A stretch of DNA of 64,000 bases from Rhodospirillales bacterium (GCA_038143065.1 JAYQLI010000035.1:1824894-1888893), one strand, 5' to 3'. Shown: positions 21,410 through 33,775, counted from the stretch's first letter. Notes: generated by a model not told the origin, from the sequence alone. Numbers and translations: made by a program.

Positions 21410-22093
21410 ATGTGTGGACGATATCTTCTAACAACACCCACCACAGAATTGGCTAAATTATTTGGTTTTATTGAACTGCCGAATCTTGCTCCAAACTGGA
21501 ATATAGCTCCAACTCAAGAGGCACCAGTAATACGAACTGTTGGGCGCAACCGCTCATGCGCTAAAATACGCTGGGGCTTTATTAAAAATCGAGCTCATTC
21601 ATCATCAAGACAAAACCCACTCATCAACGCTCGTGGTGAGACTATAGCTGAAAAACCAAGTTTCAAAGAGAGTTTCAAAAAACACCGATGCCTAGTCCCT
21701 GCCGATGGGTTTTATGAATGGCGAGGTAAGGGGGACTCGCGGCAGGCTTTTTTTGCAGATCCCGGCGAGACAATTGCCTTTGCTGGTCTTTGGGAAAATA
21801 GCCGAAAGGCAGACGGGACAACTTTGGAGACCTTTACGATTGTAACAACAGAAGCAAATCAATCGCTAGCAAGTATCCATCATAGGATGCCTGTGGTTAT
21901 TCAACCCGAGGATTTTGATACCTGGCTCAGAGCATCATTGAAAGATGCTGCTGATCTAATTCGGGCCGCTTCAGAGGAAAGGTTCCGATTAGTTGAAGTT
22001 GATAAAAGGGTGGGTAACGTTAAACACAATGACCCCGAACTTGTGATACCAATCAATAAAAGAATGTCTAAAGAACAATTACACTTATTTTAA
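21410..22093 (+). CDS. yedK: SOS response-associated peptidase (SRAP/YedK/HMCES abasic-site crosslinking protein)
   Basis: MCGRY with catalytic Cys2, WNIAPTQ, INARGET, RCLVPADGFYEW, IHHRMPV. Confidence 0.93.
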   Translation: MCGRYLLTTPTTELAKLFGFIELPNLAPNWNIAPTQEAPVIRTVGRNRSCAKIRWGFIKNRAHSSSRQNPLINARGETIAEKPSFKESFKKHRCLVPADGFYEWRGKGDSRQAFFADPGETIAFAGLWENSRKADGTTLETFTIVTTEANQSLASIHHRMPVVIQPEDFDTWLRASLKDAADLIRAASEERFRLVEVDKRVGNVKHNDPELVIPINKRMSKEQLHLF

Positions 22094-22113
22094 AATTGTG
22101 AGGCCTGTGAACG

Positions 22114-23399
<1,286 letters not shown>

Positions 23400-23434
23400 A
23401 AGAAATTTCCAAGTTTATTTTTTAATTTTTACTG

Positions 23435-23989
23435 TCATAAGGGCAACATCCAAATCGCAAACAGCGGATCATTGCCCGACTTCATCGCGTGAATAATATT
23501 GGGCCTGTTATAGATCAATCCTCCAGGCCCAGGAGATTGCCATTCTCCATTATTTTGTCTCCAGCACCCATCACTGAGCGCTATGTAAACCTCCTCTGGC
23601 GGATGTTGATGATTGGGATAAACAGTATTGGGCGATAACAAACTTACCCCTATCCGGATATCAGTTCGATATTCCAATCCCGTATCACCCACTATAACGG
23701 CATTTGCGTGAGACTTAAGCCAATTCGGATCATTAGAGTGTCGATCCGATCGTGTCTGCCAGGAAAGTTTTGGAGTTAAAACCTCCAAGGCTTCTGCTAG
23801 CCCACCTACTGGCCCAGACTTGGCTGTTTTAACAGCTTTATCCAACCACGCTGTTACTGGAACTTCATGGGATGATAACGCCCCTTTGTAGGCACCAATA
23901 TTTTTGAGCCTCTCATATACGAGATCAGTTGCTGACATAATTTTTTCGTCAGGTTTTCTTTTAAAAATTGCGATTTTCAGTTCATTCAA
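23435..23989 (-). CDS. Dimethylsulfoniopropionate lyase family cupin (DddQ/DddL-like)
   Basis: GVSLLSPNTVYPNHQHPPEEVYIALS (Y-x2-H-x-H-x3-E-x-Y) and PNIIHAM...PLFAIW; start uncertain (TTG 23989 or ATG 23938). Confidence 0.72.
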   Translation of the reverse strand: MNELKIAIFKRKPDEKIMSATDLVYERLKNIGAYKGALSSHEVPVTAWLDKAVKTAKSGPVGGLAEALEVLTPKLSWQTRSDRHSNDPNWLKSHANAVIVGDTGLEYRTDIRIGVSLLSPNTVYPNHQHPPEEVYIALSDGCWRQNNGEWQSPGPGGLIYNRPNIIHAMKSGNDPLFAIWMLPL

Positions 23990-24083
23990 AAAAACTCAAG
24001 ATCATCATTTCGAGGCATAATTTTTCTCAATTCATTATTAATCTGGAGCATTTCACGAGCAGCCTGCTAAGCTTCTCACAAAT

Positions 24084-24881
24084 GTGACAACAAAAGGCAG
24101 TCAAGTTAAGAAAATTAGTCTAGTGACAGGAGGGGGAAGCGGGATTGGCAGAGCAACCTCCACCAAGCTATCGACGCGTGAAAATCACGTAATTGTTGCT
24201 GACATCGATGAAGAAGGTGCTGCAGAAACCGTTTCCCGAATTAAGGCGGCAGGAGGGGATGCAAGCGCAACTAAAACTGATGTATCTGACGAATTATCAG
24301 TTGCTGCCTTGATGCAGACTGTCGCAAAGGCGGGCCGTATTGATACCCTCGTGAACTGTGCGGGTATCCTGCAAAACGGTTCGCGTGTTGAAGATATGGA
24401 CTTGGCTGAACATGACAGAATTTGGAACGTTAACTATCGCGGCACCTATCTTTGTTGCCGGGCCTTTGGACCGGTAATGGCGGAATATGGTGTTGGTTCA
24501 ATAGTTAACATTGGTTCAATAGCTGGTTTCGAGATGTTCCCATTACCCGCCTACAGTCCTTCGAAAGCTGCTATTCACCAATTAACGAAGGTGTTGGCTG
24601 GCGATTTAGGACCCCGTGGTGTTCGTGTTAATGCCGTAGCCCCCGGATTTGTTATGACTGAAGCTTTGAAGGCTCGAGTAGAAGCTGGTGAAAGAGACAC
24701 ATCCGTAATGGAAGAACAGAAGACACTACGTCGAATTGTTGAACCAGATGAAATTGCCGATGCTATCCTTTTTCTCTGTAGTAGTGCGGCTAGAGCAATT
24801 ACTGGCGCAACACTCCCAGTAGATAACGGTTGGCTGGCTGGGCTTGCTTACAATACCTATGCCGGCAACAAGAAAAACTAA
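24084..24881 (+). CDS. SDR family NAD(P)-dependent oxidoreductase
   Basis: TGGGSGIG, NCAG, YSPSK, VRVNAVAPG. Confidence 0.92.
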   Translation: MTTKGSQVKKISLVTGGGSGIGRATSTKLSTRENHVIVADIDEEGAAETVSRIKAAGGDASATKTDVSDELSVAALMQTVAKAGRIDTLVNCAGILQNGSRVEDMDLAEHDRIWNVNYRGTYLCCRAFGPVMAEYGVGSIVNIGSIAGFEMFPLPAYSPSKAAIHQLTKVLAGDLGPRGVRVNAVAPGFVMTEALKARVEAGERDTSVMEEQKTLRRIVEPDEIADAILFLCSSAARAITGATLPVDNGWLAGLAYNTYAGNKKN

Positions 24882-24899
24882 CCTTTGGAGGATACATAA

Positions 24900-25997
24900 A
24901 TGCCAGCAGCAGCCAAAGCCGCCATCCTGCGAGAGACAGGCCAACCATTAACAATTGAAACCATTACAGTCGACGATCCAGGACCTCGCGAGATCCGGAT
25001 TAAGACTAAAGCCTGTGGGGTATGTCACTCTGACTTACACATGGCAGAGGGTTCTTATCCTTGGCGCTACCCAACGGTACTGGGACACGAAAGTGCTGGA
25101 ATAGTTGAAGCAGTTGGCAACCAAGTTACAGACTTTCAGGTAGGAGATACAGTAATTACTTGCCTCTCAGTCTTTTGCGGCAATTGCGAGTATTGTCTGT
25201 CAGGAAAGATGAGCCTTTGCGAGAGTCCATCCCGCATGCGTGGGGAAAATGATAGGCCAAGGTTATCTCAAGGGGACATGGAAATTCACCAATTCGCACA
25301 ACTTTCCTCCTTTGCTGAACGGATGCTTGTACATGAGCATGCCGCGGTCAAAATCCGAGAAGATATGCCGTTAGACAAGGCTGCTCTTATTGGATGTGGG
25401 GTAACTACTGGTGTTGGAGCAGTTCAAAACACAGCTAGAATCGAGGCTGGGTCAACAGTTGCTGTCATAGGCTGCGGAGGCGTTGGCCTATCCGCGATTA
25501 ATGGTGCTGCGATTGCTGGCGCAGGCCGCATTATTGCAATTGATCTTTCAGCTACCAAGCTCAACCTGGCTAAGGAATTTGGAGCAACCGATTTAGTTAA
25601 TCCTAACGATGGAGATCCCGTAAAGCAGGTACGGAACCTGATTGGTGGGGGTGGAGTACATTATGCTTTTGAAGCTATTGGGCTGAAGCAAACGGCCGAA
25701 GATGCCTTTCGCATGATTCGGCCTGGAGGAACTGCTACTATCATTGGCATGATTCCGGTAGGCACAAAAATTGAACTTCATGGCCCTGAATTTCTCCGCG
25801 AGAAAAAAATCCAAGGATCCACAATGGGATCAAATCGGTTCCGAGTTGATATGCCTCGTTACATTGATTTTTACATGCAGAGAAGACTTAAACTAGACGA
25901 ATTAGTCTCTCAGCATATCGCTCTGGAAGATGTGAACGATGCATTTGAGGAAATGAAAAAGGGCGAAATTGCCCGGTCTGTGATCATGTTCAATTAA
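24900..25997 (+). CDS. Zn-dependent alcohol dehydrogenase (class III-like MDR)
   Basis: GVCHSD, GHE, structural Zn CGNCEYC...C, GCGVTTG, GCGGVG. Confidence 0.92.
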   Translation: MPAAAKAAILRETGQPLTIETITVDDPGPREIRIKTKACGVCHSDLHMAEGSYPWRYPTVLGHESAGIVEAVGNQVTDFQVGDTVITCLSVFCGNCEYCLSGKMSLCESPSRMRGENDRPRLSQGDMEIHQFAQLSSFAERMLVHEHAAVKIREDMPLDKAALIGCGVTTGVGAVQNTARIEAGSTVAVIGCGGVGLSAINGAAIAGAGRIIAIDLSATKLNLAKEFGATDLVNPNDGDPVKQVRNLIGGGGVHYAFEAIGLKQTAEDAFRMIRPGGTATIIGMIPVGTKIELHGPEFLREKKIQGSTMGSNRFRVDMPRYIDFYMQRRLKLDELVSQHIALEDVNDAFEEMKKGEIARSVIMFN

Positions 25998-26013
25998 CAG
26001 GACAAAACTACTC

Positions 26014-26835
26014 ATGACTATCGTCGACGCTCAAATTCACCTTTGGGGACAAGGGCTGCCATCAAATATGGCACACCGACAAGTTACATCGTTTCTGGCA
26101 CCAGAAGCTATTGCCATGATGGATGAAGCTGATGTCGCTGGTGCGGTAATCCACCCCCCACCTTGGGACCCCACGTCAGAAGCTTTAGCTCTTCAGGCGG
26201 TCTCCGACTATCCGGGCCGTTTCTCTATAATGGCATCACCACCTCTGGAAGGCCCAGGCGCTGCAGATAGGGTAAGAGATCTCAGAAAAACACCAGGAAT
26301 GCTTGGTATCCGCTATACTTTTCTTGCAGGACGAGAGCGCGAATTGCTTTCTTCTGGTGAACTTGATCAAATCTGGGCCGCCGCTGAAGAAGGTGGAGTG
26401 CCGGTTTCAGCTCTGTGTACCGATACTTTGGCCACGTTTGCAAAAATTGCTGAAAAGCATCCTGGCTTAAAAATTACGATTGATCATCTAGGAGGCCGCG
26501 GTGGTAATACCACGCTAAAAGACCACGCAGCCATGACACATATGCCTGAGCTTTTGGCGCTCGCTCGTTACCCAAATATCGCCGTAAAAGCTACGGGCGC
26601 TCCTGGTTATTCAGCCGAAGGATATCCCTTTCCCATAATGCTCGACTATGTACGCCAGGTATTCGAAACCTTTGGACCAGAGCGAACTTTCTGGGGGACC
26701 GATATCACGAAAATGCCATGTTCCTGGACGGAATGTATCGACATGTTTACTGCCGCCCCATGGCTTAAAGGAGATGATCAACGCCTCGTTATGGGTGATG
26801 CAATTTGTAATTGGTGGGGCTGGGAAAGAACATAA
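26014..26835 (+). CDS. Amidohydrolase family protein (Amidohydro_2, COG3618 lactonase-like)
   Basis: IVDAQIHLW, GIR, TIDHLG, LARYPNIAVK, FGPERTFWGTD. Confidence 0.8.
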   Translation: MTIVDAQIHLWGQGLPSNMAHRQVTSFLAPEAIAMMDEADVAGAVIHPPPWDPTSEALALQAVSDYPGRFSIMASPPLEGPGAADRVRDLRKTPGMLGIRYTFLAGRERELLSSGELDQIWAAAEEGGVPVSALCTDTLATFAKIAEKHPGLKITIDHLGGRGGNTTLKDHAAMTHMPELLALARYPNIAVKATGAPGYSAEGYPFPIMLDYVRQVFETFGPERTFWGTDITKMPCSWTECIDMFTAAPWLKGDDQRLVMGDAICNWWGWERT

Positions 26836-26855
26836 GCGGCTTAGAGGAGCAAGTA

Positions 26856-27626
26856 ATGGGCAAAATGGAAGGCAAAACCACAATAATTACGGGTGGTGCG
26901 AGGGGAATCGGTGCGGCAGCGGCCAAGCTATTCACTAGCGAAGGTGGCCGCGTGATGCTTGTTGATGTGCTCGAGGACCCAATGGCAAAACTAGTTGCCG
27001 AGTTGGGTGAAGACAAAGCTGCTTACGTAGTTGCAGATGTGTCGGATGAGGAAGCCACTAAACACTATGTTTCCCAGACAATTGCACACTTTGGCGCCGT
27101 GGATGCCGCACTTCTGAATGCAGGCATCGTAGGTGAAGTCAAATCCTTTGCGGACTATCCGGCGGAGGCCTTCGACCGGCTAATGGCAATTAACGTGCGT
27201 GGTGTATGGCTTGGTCTAAAGTATGTGATGCAGGCAATGAGTGCCAAGGGTGGATCAATCGTTTGCACTTCTTCAACATCAGGTATTAGGGCAACCAGAA
27301 ATATAGCACCCTACACGGCCTCAAAACATGCAGTGATAGGACTGATGCGTTCTGCTGCCCTTGAGGGTGCTGCCCACGATATTAGAGTTAATACAGTCAA
27401 CCCCGCCGCCACTGAAACCGACATGATTTTTGAGATTGAGACGAAGCGTGGAGTGACCGCAGGGGCTAACGTCAACGCTACTATGGCTCAAGGCACACCA
27501 ATGCAGCGCTACGGAACGGCGGAAGAAATTGCGAGAATGATGCTATTCTTGGCCAGCGATGATTCAAGCTTCTGCACGGGTGGTGTTTATATGGTGGACG
27601 GTGGAGTTTCAGCTGGCCGAGTATGA
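26856..27626 (+). CDS. SDR family oxidoreductase
   Basis: TGGARGIG, LNAG, YTASKHAV, IRVNTVNP; GAGGAG RBS before ATG 26856. Confidence 0.92.
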   Translation: MGKMEGKTTIITGGARGIGAAAAKLFTSEGGRVMLVDVLEDPMAKLVAELGEDKAAYVVADVSDEEATKHYVSQTIAHFGAVDAALLNAGIVGEVKSFADYPAEAFDRLMAINVRGVWLGLKYVMQAMSAKGGSIVCTSSTSGIRATRNIAPYTASKHAVIGLMRSAALEGAAHDIRVNTVNPAATETDMIFEIETKRGVTAGANVNATMAQGTPMQRYGTAEEIARMMLFLASDDSSFCTGGVYMVDGGVSAGRV

Positions 27627-28719
27627 TCATTCAGCAAGCAAGAAGGGGGCACTCGACTCTATTGCCACCTTACGGACTTCTTCAATGAGAGTGTCTGCAA
27701 TTGGTATACCATCTACTGAACGAGTTGCTGTAGCCCGAACTTCTGGATCACCTGCAACCTGTACAGGATTTTCTGGATCTGCCGGTGGGGTTGCGTGAAG
27801 CATATCAATCATACGGTCTAAATCGGCTTGAAACTCTCCATCGGCACGGACCTTGGAAGGATCTATCGCCAAGAAGAAATGCCCTACATTTGTCTTCGTC
27901 CGCACTGGTTTGCCATCTGGACCTGGTCCATCAGACCAAGATCCTGGAGAGAGTTGCGCACAATATTTCGACCATAGTGGCAAGCCCGTAACCCTTATGG
28001 CTACCTCGCTCTCTATCGCCACCTAAAGGCGTGAGACGACGCGCTTCAAATGCTGCTGCACCGTCGGTTTCTATTTGGCCTTCACTATTTAGGCCCCAAC
28101 CTTCGGGAATAGCTTTTCCTAGTCTTCGAGCAATATTCAATTTTCCGACAGCTACAGTGGTAGTCGCCATATCAAGACTAAATGGTGGATTGCGCTCTGC
28201 AGGGGCTGCGAAGGCAATCGGGTTCGTGCCTAGTATAGGGTCACGACCAAATGTTGGAACCATGGCTGGAGTTGGAGCGTTGGTCATCGCCATTCCAACA
28301 ATACCGTCCTCAGCCGCCATTCTACTGTAATAGCCTGCAGCACCAAAATGATTGGAATTTCTAACAGAAACCACAGCCACACCCATTGTTCGGGCCTTTT
28401 CCATTGCAAGCTTCATTGCCATTACCGATGGAGGATGGCCTAGGCTGCGGTCAGCATCGATTAAAGCAGCCCCAGGTTTTTCTCTAACGACTCGAATATC
28501 AGGGGTATCCTTTATCATGCCACGACCACGCCTCTGATGGTAACCTGGTAACATACCAAGACCATGGCTATCGACACCCGAGAGGTCGGTTGCAACCATT
28601 ACCTCTACAGTCGTAGCTATATTTTCAGATGTCATACCCCATGCCTGAAAGACTGCTTCAAGCTGAGCGCGAACAACACTTGCTGGAATATTGGTGACTC
28701 TTGCCATTCGCTTATTCAT
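27627..28719 (-). CDS. Ldh_2 family oxidoreductase (malate/L-lactate/sulfolactate/ureidoglycolate dehydrogenase family) (apparent frameshift near 27945)
   Basis: GVDSHG, RNSNHFGAAG, GTNPIAFAAP, LDMATT, HKGYGLA; C-terminal GHFFLAIDP...AGDPE in another frame. Confidence 0.85.
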
Positions 28720-29052
28720 CCTAATTCGTATTTGCTATTTTTGGTTAACCCGCTCCGCTCAAGTAGAGGGGCCTCAATCTGAAATGTTATCTGCCCATTC
28801 GAGCCACTTCACTATAAGACCCTGGCGGATCATCCCAAAATGATCTTAGTTGATAAACTTGAAGAAAATTACATTCGCATCGATTCATCTTATATGCGCA
28901 AGGTGCTAAGTTTTTCTGATCGAAGAATTTTACGTCAGGACTGATATTCAGCAACGTTTCACCGACATTTTTTGAGAGAAACACAAAATATCACCTGCAG
29001 AGTGAACACATTACAATTTTAGATCCCTTGAGGGGTTTCCAGGACTCACGCC

Positions 29053-29937
29053 ATGAAAAAAGTAAAAATAGATAAACTTGAGATTGCATACTTAGATTCA
29101 GGCCCGAAAGATGGCCCAGTTGCGATGCTAATGCACGGTTTTCCATACGACATAGAGAGTTATTCAAAAGTTGGTCCTTTGCTGAACGGGCGTGGAATTC
29201 GAACAATAATTCCTTATCTCCGAGGATACGGCCATACAGTTTTTCTTGATCCCCAAACTCCTCGCTCAGGAGAACAAGCAGCCTTAGGGGCAGACCTTCT
29301 TGAACTTATGGATGTTCTTGCCATCGAGCAGGCAGTCTTAGCGGGATACGACTGGGGCGGTCGAGCTGCAAATGTTGTTGCAGCTCTCTGGCCTGCTCGG
29401 GCCAAGGGCTTGGTGACGGGAGCTGGGTATAACATACAAAATGTAGCCGCTTCGGAACGACCCGCGTCACCCGAAGCGGAGCATCGCTATTGGTACCAAT
29501 ACTATTTCCACACGCCCAGGGGTCGGTCAGGCCTAGAGCAGAATCGGGCTAATCTTGCACGCCTTCTCTGGAAATTGTGGTCTCCAGAATGGAATTTTTC
29601 TGAGACCGAATTTCTTAAAACCGCCTCTAGTTTCGATAATCCTGATTTTGTCGAAGTAGTAATCCAGTCTTATCGAGTTCGCTACGGATATGCAGAGGCA
29701 GATCCTGCTTATGCACAGATCGAAGCGGCTCTCTCAAAAATGCCGGATATAAATGTTCCCACAATTAATCTTCACGGTTTAGCCGATGGAGTGCACCCAG
29801 CACCTAAAAACGATCGACAATCGACAAAATTCACCGGTAGTTACAAACGACGATTGCTAGAAAAAGTAGGCCACAATGTTGCGCAAGAGGCACCAGTGGC
29901 ATTTGCAGATGCAGTTACTGAATTGGCCGGGGGATAA
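29053..29937 (+). CDS. Alpha/beta hydrolase (epoxide hydrolase-like)
   Basis: HGFP, PYLRGYG, Asp nucleophile GYDWGG, YWYQYYF, HG..DG, VGHNVAQE. Confidence 0.85.
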   Translation: MKKVKIDKLEIAYLDSGPKDGPVAMLMHGFPYDIESYSKVGPLLNGRGIRTIIPYLRGYGHTVFLDPQTPRSGEQAALGADLLELMDVLAIEQAVLAGYDWGGRAANVVAALWPARAKGLVTGAGYNIQNVAASERPASPEAEHRYWYQYYFHTPRGRSGLEQNRANLARLLWKLWSPEWNFSETEFLKTASSFDNPDFVEVVIQSYRVRYGYAEADPAYAQIEAALSKMPDINVPTINLHGLADGVHPAPKNDRQSTKFTGSYKRRLLEKVGHNVAQEAPVAFADAVTELAGG

Positions 29938-29942
29938 AATTC

Positions 29943-31285
29943 ATGACCCAGACAACCCTCGAACTAGCTAAATTTGTTACTTCCACTCATGCAGACGACT
30001 TGCCAGCTAACGTGCGCCAGGATGCAACTCGCCAATTCCATAACTTTGTTGGCTGCACCCTTGGTGGGATGACACATGATGCAACAGTCCGAACATTTAA
30101 AACTGTTTTACCGTTCACCGGGGAGGCAAAGACCGCACTGATAGGTCGGAAAGAAAAATTGTCTGCGCCAGACGCCGTGCTAGTAAACGCTCAAGCCTCC
30201 GCTGCGCACGCATTTGATGACACGCACCTCTCTACAGTTCTCCACCCAGCTGGCCCAATAGCAGCACCACTTATGGCTGAAGCAGAAAGGCAGATTATTT
30301 CTGGCCAAAACCTCCAACTCGCATTCACTATTGGAGTGGAGGTTGCATGCAGAATTGCGATGGCCCTCACCGTACCCCTGCGGAAACACAGGTTGGTTGG
30401 TATATGTCAAGCGTTGCAACACCTATTGGCGCAGCCGCTGCTTTAGCAAACCTTCTGAAATTTGATGAGGAACAGACACTTCACGCATTGGGCTTGGCAG
30501 CTAACGCTGCCATGGGCTTCCGCGAAACCCACGGCTCGATGTGCACCAGCCTCTTGCCAGCGCAAGCCTCGCGCGCTGGCTACATGGCGGCATTATTAGC
30601 CGCAGAAGGAGTAACCGCGACTGGTGCTTCTCTGGAAGGCCCTAAAGGCTTTGGCAAAGTTTTTGCTCCAAAGGCTCACTTAGAACATGTAACGGCAGAG
30701 CTCGGAACGCGATGGGAAATGCGGGACAACATGCCGAAGCCATATCCATGCGGCATCGTCATACACCCCATCCTCGATGCGTGCCTTGATATCTCAAATG
30801 ACCCTAATTTTACCGCAAGAGAAATTGACAACATTCTGTTAAGACTTAATCCACTATGTTTAACGCTGACAGATAGACCCGAACCACCAGACGCCCAGCT
30901 AGCTCAGGTTAGCCTTCAGCATTGGTCAGCAGTAGCGCTTGTAAGGAAAGCTGCAAGCATCGCAGAAGGTTCGGCAGAGGCGGTCAGTAACCCAGAAGTT
31001 ATTGCCGCACGGCGCAAAATTCAGGTTCAACCGGATAATGCGGTGAATCGGGATGGGGCCGACGTTACCATCAAGATGATCAATGGAAAGGTCTATCATC
31101 GGCGAATTGAGTACGGGATAGGGAGTCTTAAGCAGCCAATGTCAAATGAAGCCCTCGAGAGCAAATTTATTAATCAGGCTAAGCTTGTACTATCCGACCA
31201 AAAATCACAAAACTTGTCTAATCTCTGCTGGCAACTCGAAGATTTGGATGACGCGGCACTCATTATGCGAAATGCTCAGCCATGA
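29943..31285 (+). CDS. MmgE/PrpD family protein (apparent frameshift near 30375)
   Basis: AHAFDDTH...HP, then GWY, LEGPKGF, KPYPCG..HP in the second frame. Confidence 0.85.
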
Positions 31286-32036
31286 CGGAAAAAAAAGTTG
31301 TAATAGTTACCGGTGCCGCAAGAGGAATAGGCCGAGCTGCAACAGATTTATTCCTTGCCGACGGCTGGAATGTTGTGATGATCGACCGGCTAGGTGAGCT
31401 ACTAGAAACTGAAGCTAGAAAACTTCAAAATACATTTGCGCTCAAGGCTGATGTGTCCAATCCGCAAGATGCTAATCGCATAATGACAGAAGCTGTTCGA
31501 GAGTTTGGACGCGTGGATTGCCTGGTCAATAATGCTGGTGTTGCTGATTTCGGTCTTCTTGAAGAACACGACTTTGCCCGCTGGAGGCGAGTCATGGAAA
31601 CAAATCTTGATGGTGTTTTCTCTGCTCTCAAGCCGCAATTCCTTATTTAAAAGAGGGTAGAGGCTCGATTGTTAACATAGGCTCTATTTCAGGCCTTCGG
31701 GCTTCAACTCTAAGAGTTGCTTACGGCACTTCTAAAGCCGCTGTTATCCACCTTACCAAGCAACAGGCGGCTGAACTTGGTGAATATGGTGTGCGAGTGA
31801 ACTGTGTCTCCCCAGGACCAGTTGCTACCGAGATGTCAAAGCAAGTTCACTCCCAAGATATCATAGATGCTTATCATGACGCTATTCCATTAAACCGATA
31901 TGGAACCGAACGCGAAATTGCCGAAGCAATTGTGTTCCTCGCGAGCGACAAAGCATCCTACATTACTGGCCAAGTAATTGCGGTAGATGGAGGGTTTGAT
32001 GCAACAGGCGTTGGCCTTCCTGCATTACGCAGTTAA
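31282..32036 (+). CDS. SDR family oxidoreductase (apparent frameshift near 31620)
   Basis: TGAARGIG, VNNAG; after shift RVAYGTSKAAV...VRVNCVSPG...VDGGF. Confidence 0.88.
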
Positions 32037-32221
32037 TAGAATACGCCTAGTCCTCTACCGCAAAAATCTGCAGAGCTATTCCTTTTTGGTCGACTAGGTT
32101 TTCGGATACTTCAAAGAAATTGTGCAGCCTTAGGTGAATTTAACTCACCTGGATTGGCGTTCTCGCTTCTTAGTCATACCATAGGGATAGTTGAACCATA
32201 TTGGCCGAGGAGCCACTTGCG

Positions 32222-33770
32222 ATGTCCTGGCAGACTGAACTTGATGAATTAAAACGTCGTGAAGCCTTTGCAGAAATGATGGGTGGGGCCGACAAAATTA
32301 AGCGGCAAAAAGATGGTGGGCGACTGACAGTCAGAGAGCGAGATCGACGGAATGCTTGACCCCGGAAGCTTTAACGAACTGGGAAAAGTTGCTGGTATGG
32401 CACAGTACGATGGGAAGAATGATCTAGAACACCTTACCCCCTCAAATTTTGTGTTTGGTCGTGGCCAGGTGAATGGTCGCCAAGTTGTTATTGGTGGTGA
32501 TGATTTTACTGTTCGCGGTGGCTCTGCAGATGCAACAATTAAAGAGAAGCACATAAAGTGCGAACAAATGGCCAATGAGCTTCGGTTACCTCTAATCCGT
32601 ATTATCGAAGGTTCAGGAGGAGGCGGCTCTGTAAAAACAATTGAGACAACTGGTCGAGCAAATGTGCCCGGCGTTTCTGGCTGGGAGTGGGTAGTACGTA
32701 ATATGGGAACGGTCCCACGGGTTTCGCTTGGCTTAGGCTCAGTTGCTGGGCTTGGGGCGGCACACCAAGCAGCCGCTCACTACTCTGTCATGGTTAAAGA
32801 TATTTCAGCTCTCTTTGTTGCGGGTCCCCCGGTAGTAAAGCGGTTGGGCCAGGACTTGGATAAGCAACAGCTGGGAGGTTGGAAGATCCAACTACGTGCT
32901 GGTGCGGTAGATGAGGCAGTAGATTCTGAGGAAGAAGCATTCGAGATGGCTCGACGGTTCCTTTCTTATTTACCTCAAAATGTTTACGAGCTTCCTGAGA
33001 GAATCGAGACTTCTGACAAAGAAGAGCGAAATGACCCGTCGCTCATGGAAGCGATTCCAAGAGACATCCGTAAAGTCTATAAAATGCGTCCCATAGTTGA
33101 GTCGGTAGTTGACCAGGGATCATTTTTTGAGATGGGCAAAATGTACGGTCGCTCCATAATAACTGGCTTTGCACGGGTTGATGGATGGCCAGTGGCAGTA
33201 ATGGCAAGCGATCCATATCATTTTGGGGGAGGCTGGACTGCAGATGCCTGCCGAAAGGTGGAGCGCTTTGTGGATATGGCTCAAACCTTTCACTTGCCAA
33301 TGATATATTTGGTGGATTGTCCAGGCTTCCTTATTGGACTAGAGAGTGAAAAATCCGGAACCATCAAAGAGGGTACACGCGCTATGGCTGCCATTTGGCA
33401 GACTACAATCCCATGGTGCTCAATAATAGTTAGAAACTGCTTCGGGGTTGCTGGGGCAGCACATCAAAATGGCTCACGTTTTAATATGCGTTATGCTTGG
33501 CCTTCAGGGCGCTGGGGTTCATTACCGCTAGAAGGTGGAATCGAAGCCGCTTATCGCGCAGATATTGCGGAAGCAGACGACCCCACAGCCAAGCTTGCCG
33601 AGATTGAAGAAAGATTGGAGAAGTTACGTTCGCCTTTTCGTTCAGCGGAAACCTTTTGGATTGAAGAAATCATTGACCCCCGCGAAACACGAAAATACCT
33701 CGTTGATTTTGCTAATACGGCAGCACCGCTTAGAGAAGTTGGCCCTTATCTTCACGGCATACGAGGATAA
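32222..33770 (+). CDS. Acyl-CoA carboxylase carboxyltransferase (beta) subunit (apparent frameshift near 32338)
   Basis: MSWQTELDELKRR...MGG.DKIKRQ...GRLTVRER, then LDPGSF.E, DDFTVRGGS, FVAGPPVV, LVDCPGF, EIIDPRETR; GAGGAG RBS. Confidence 0.88.
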
Positions 33771-33775
33771 CTATC

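Noticed and set aside
28720-29052. Riboswitch or small gene in the divergent Ldh_2/hydrolase spacer
   Set aside because: No recognisable aptamer consensus; the short ORFs lack an RBS and family motifs
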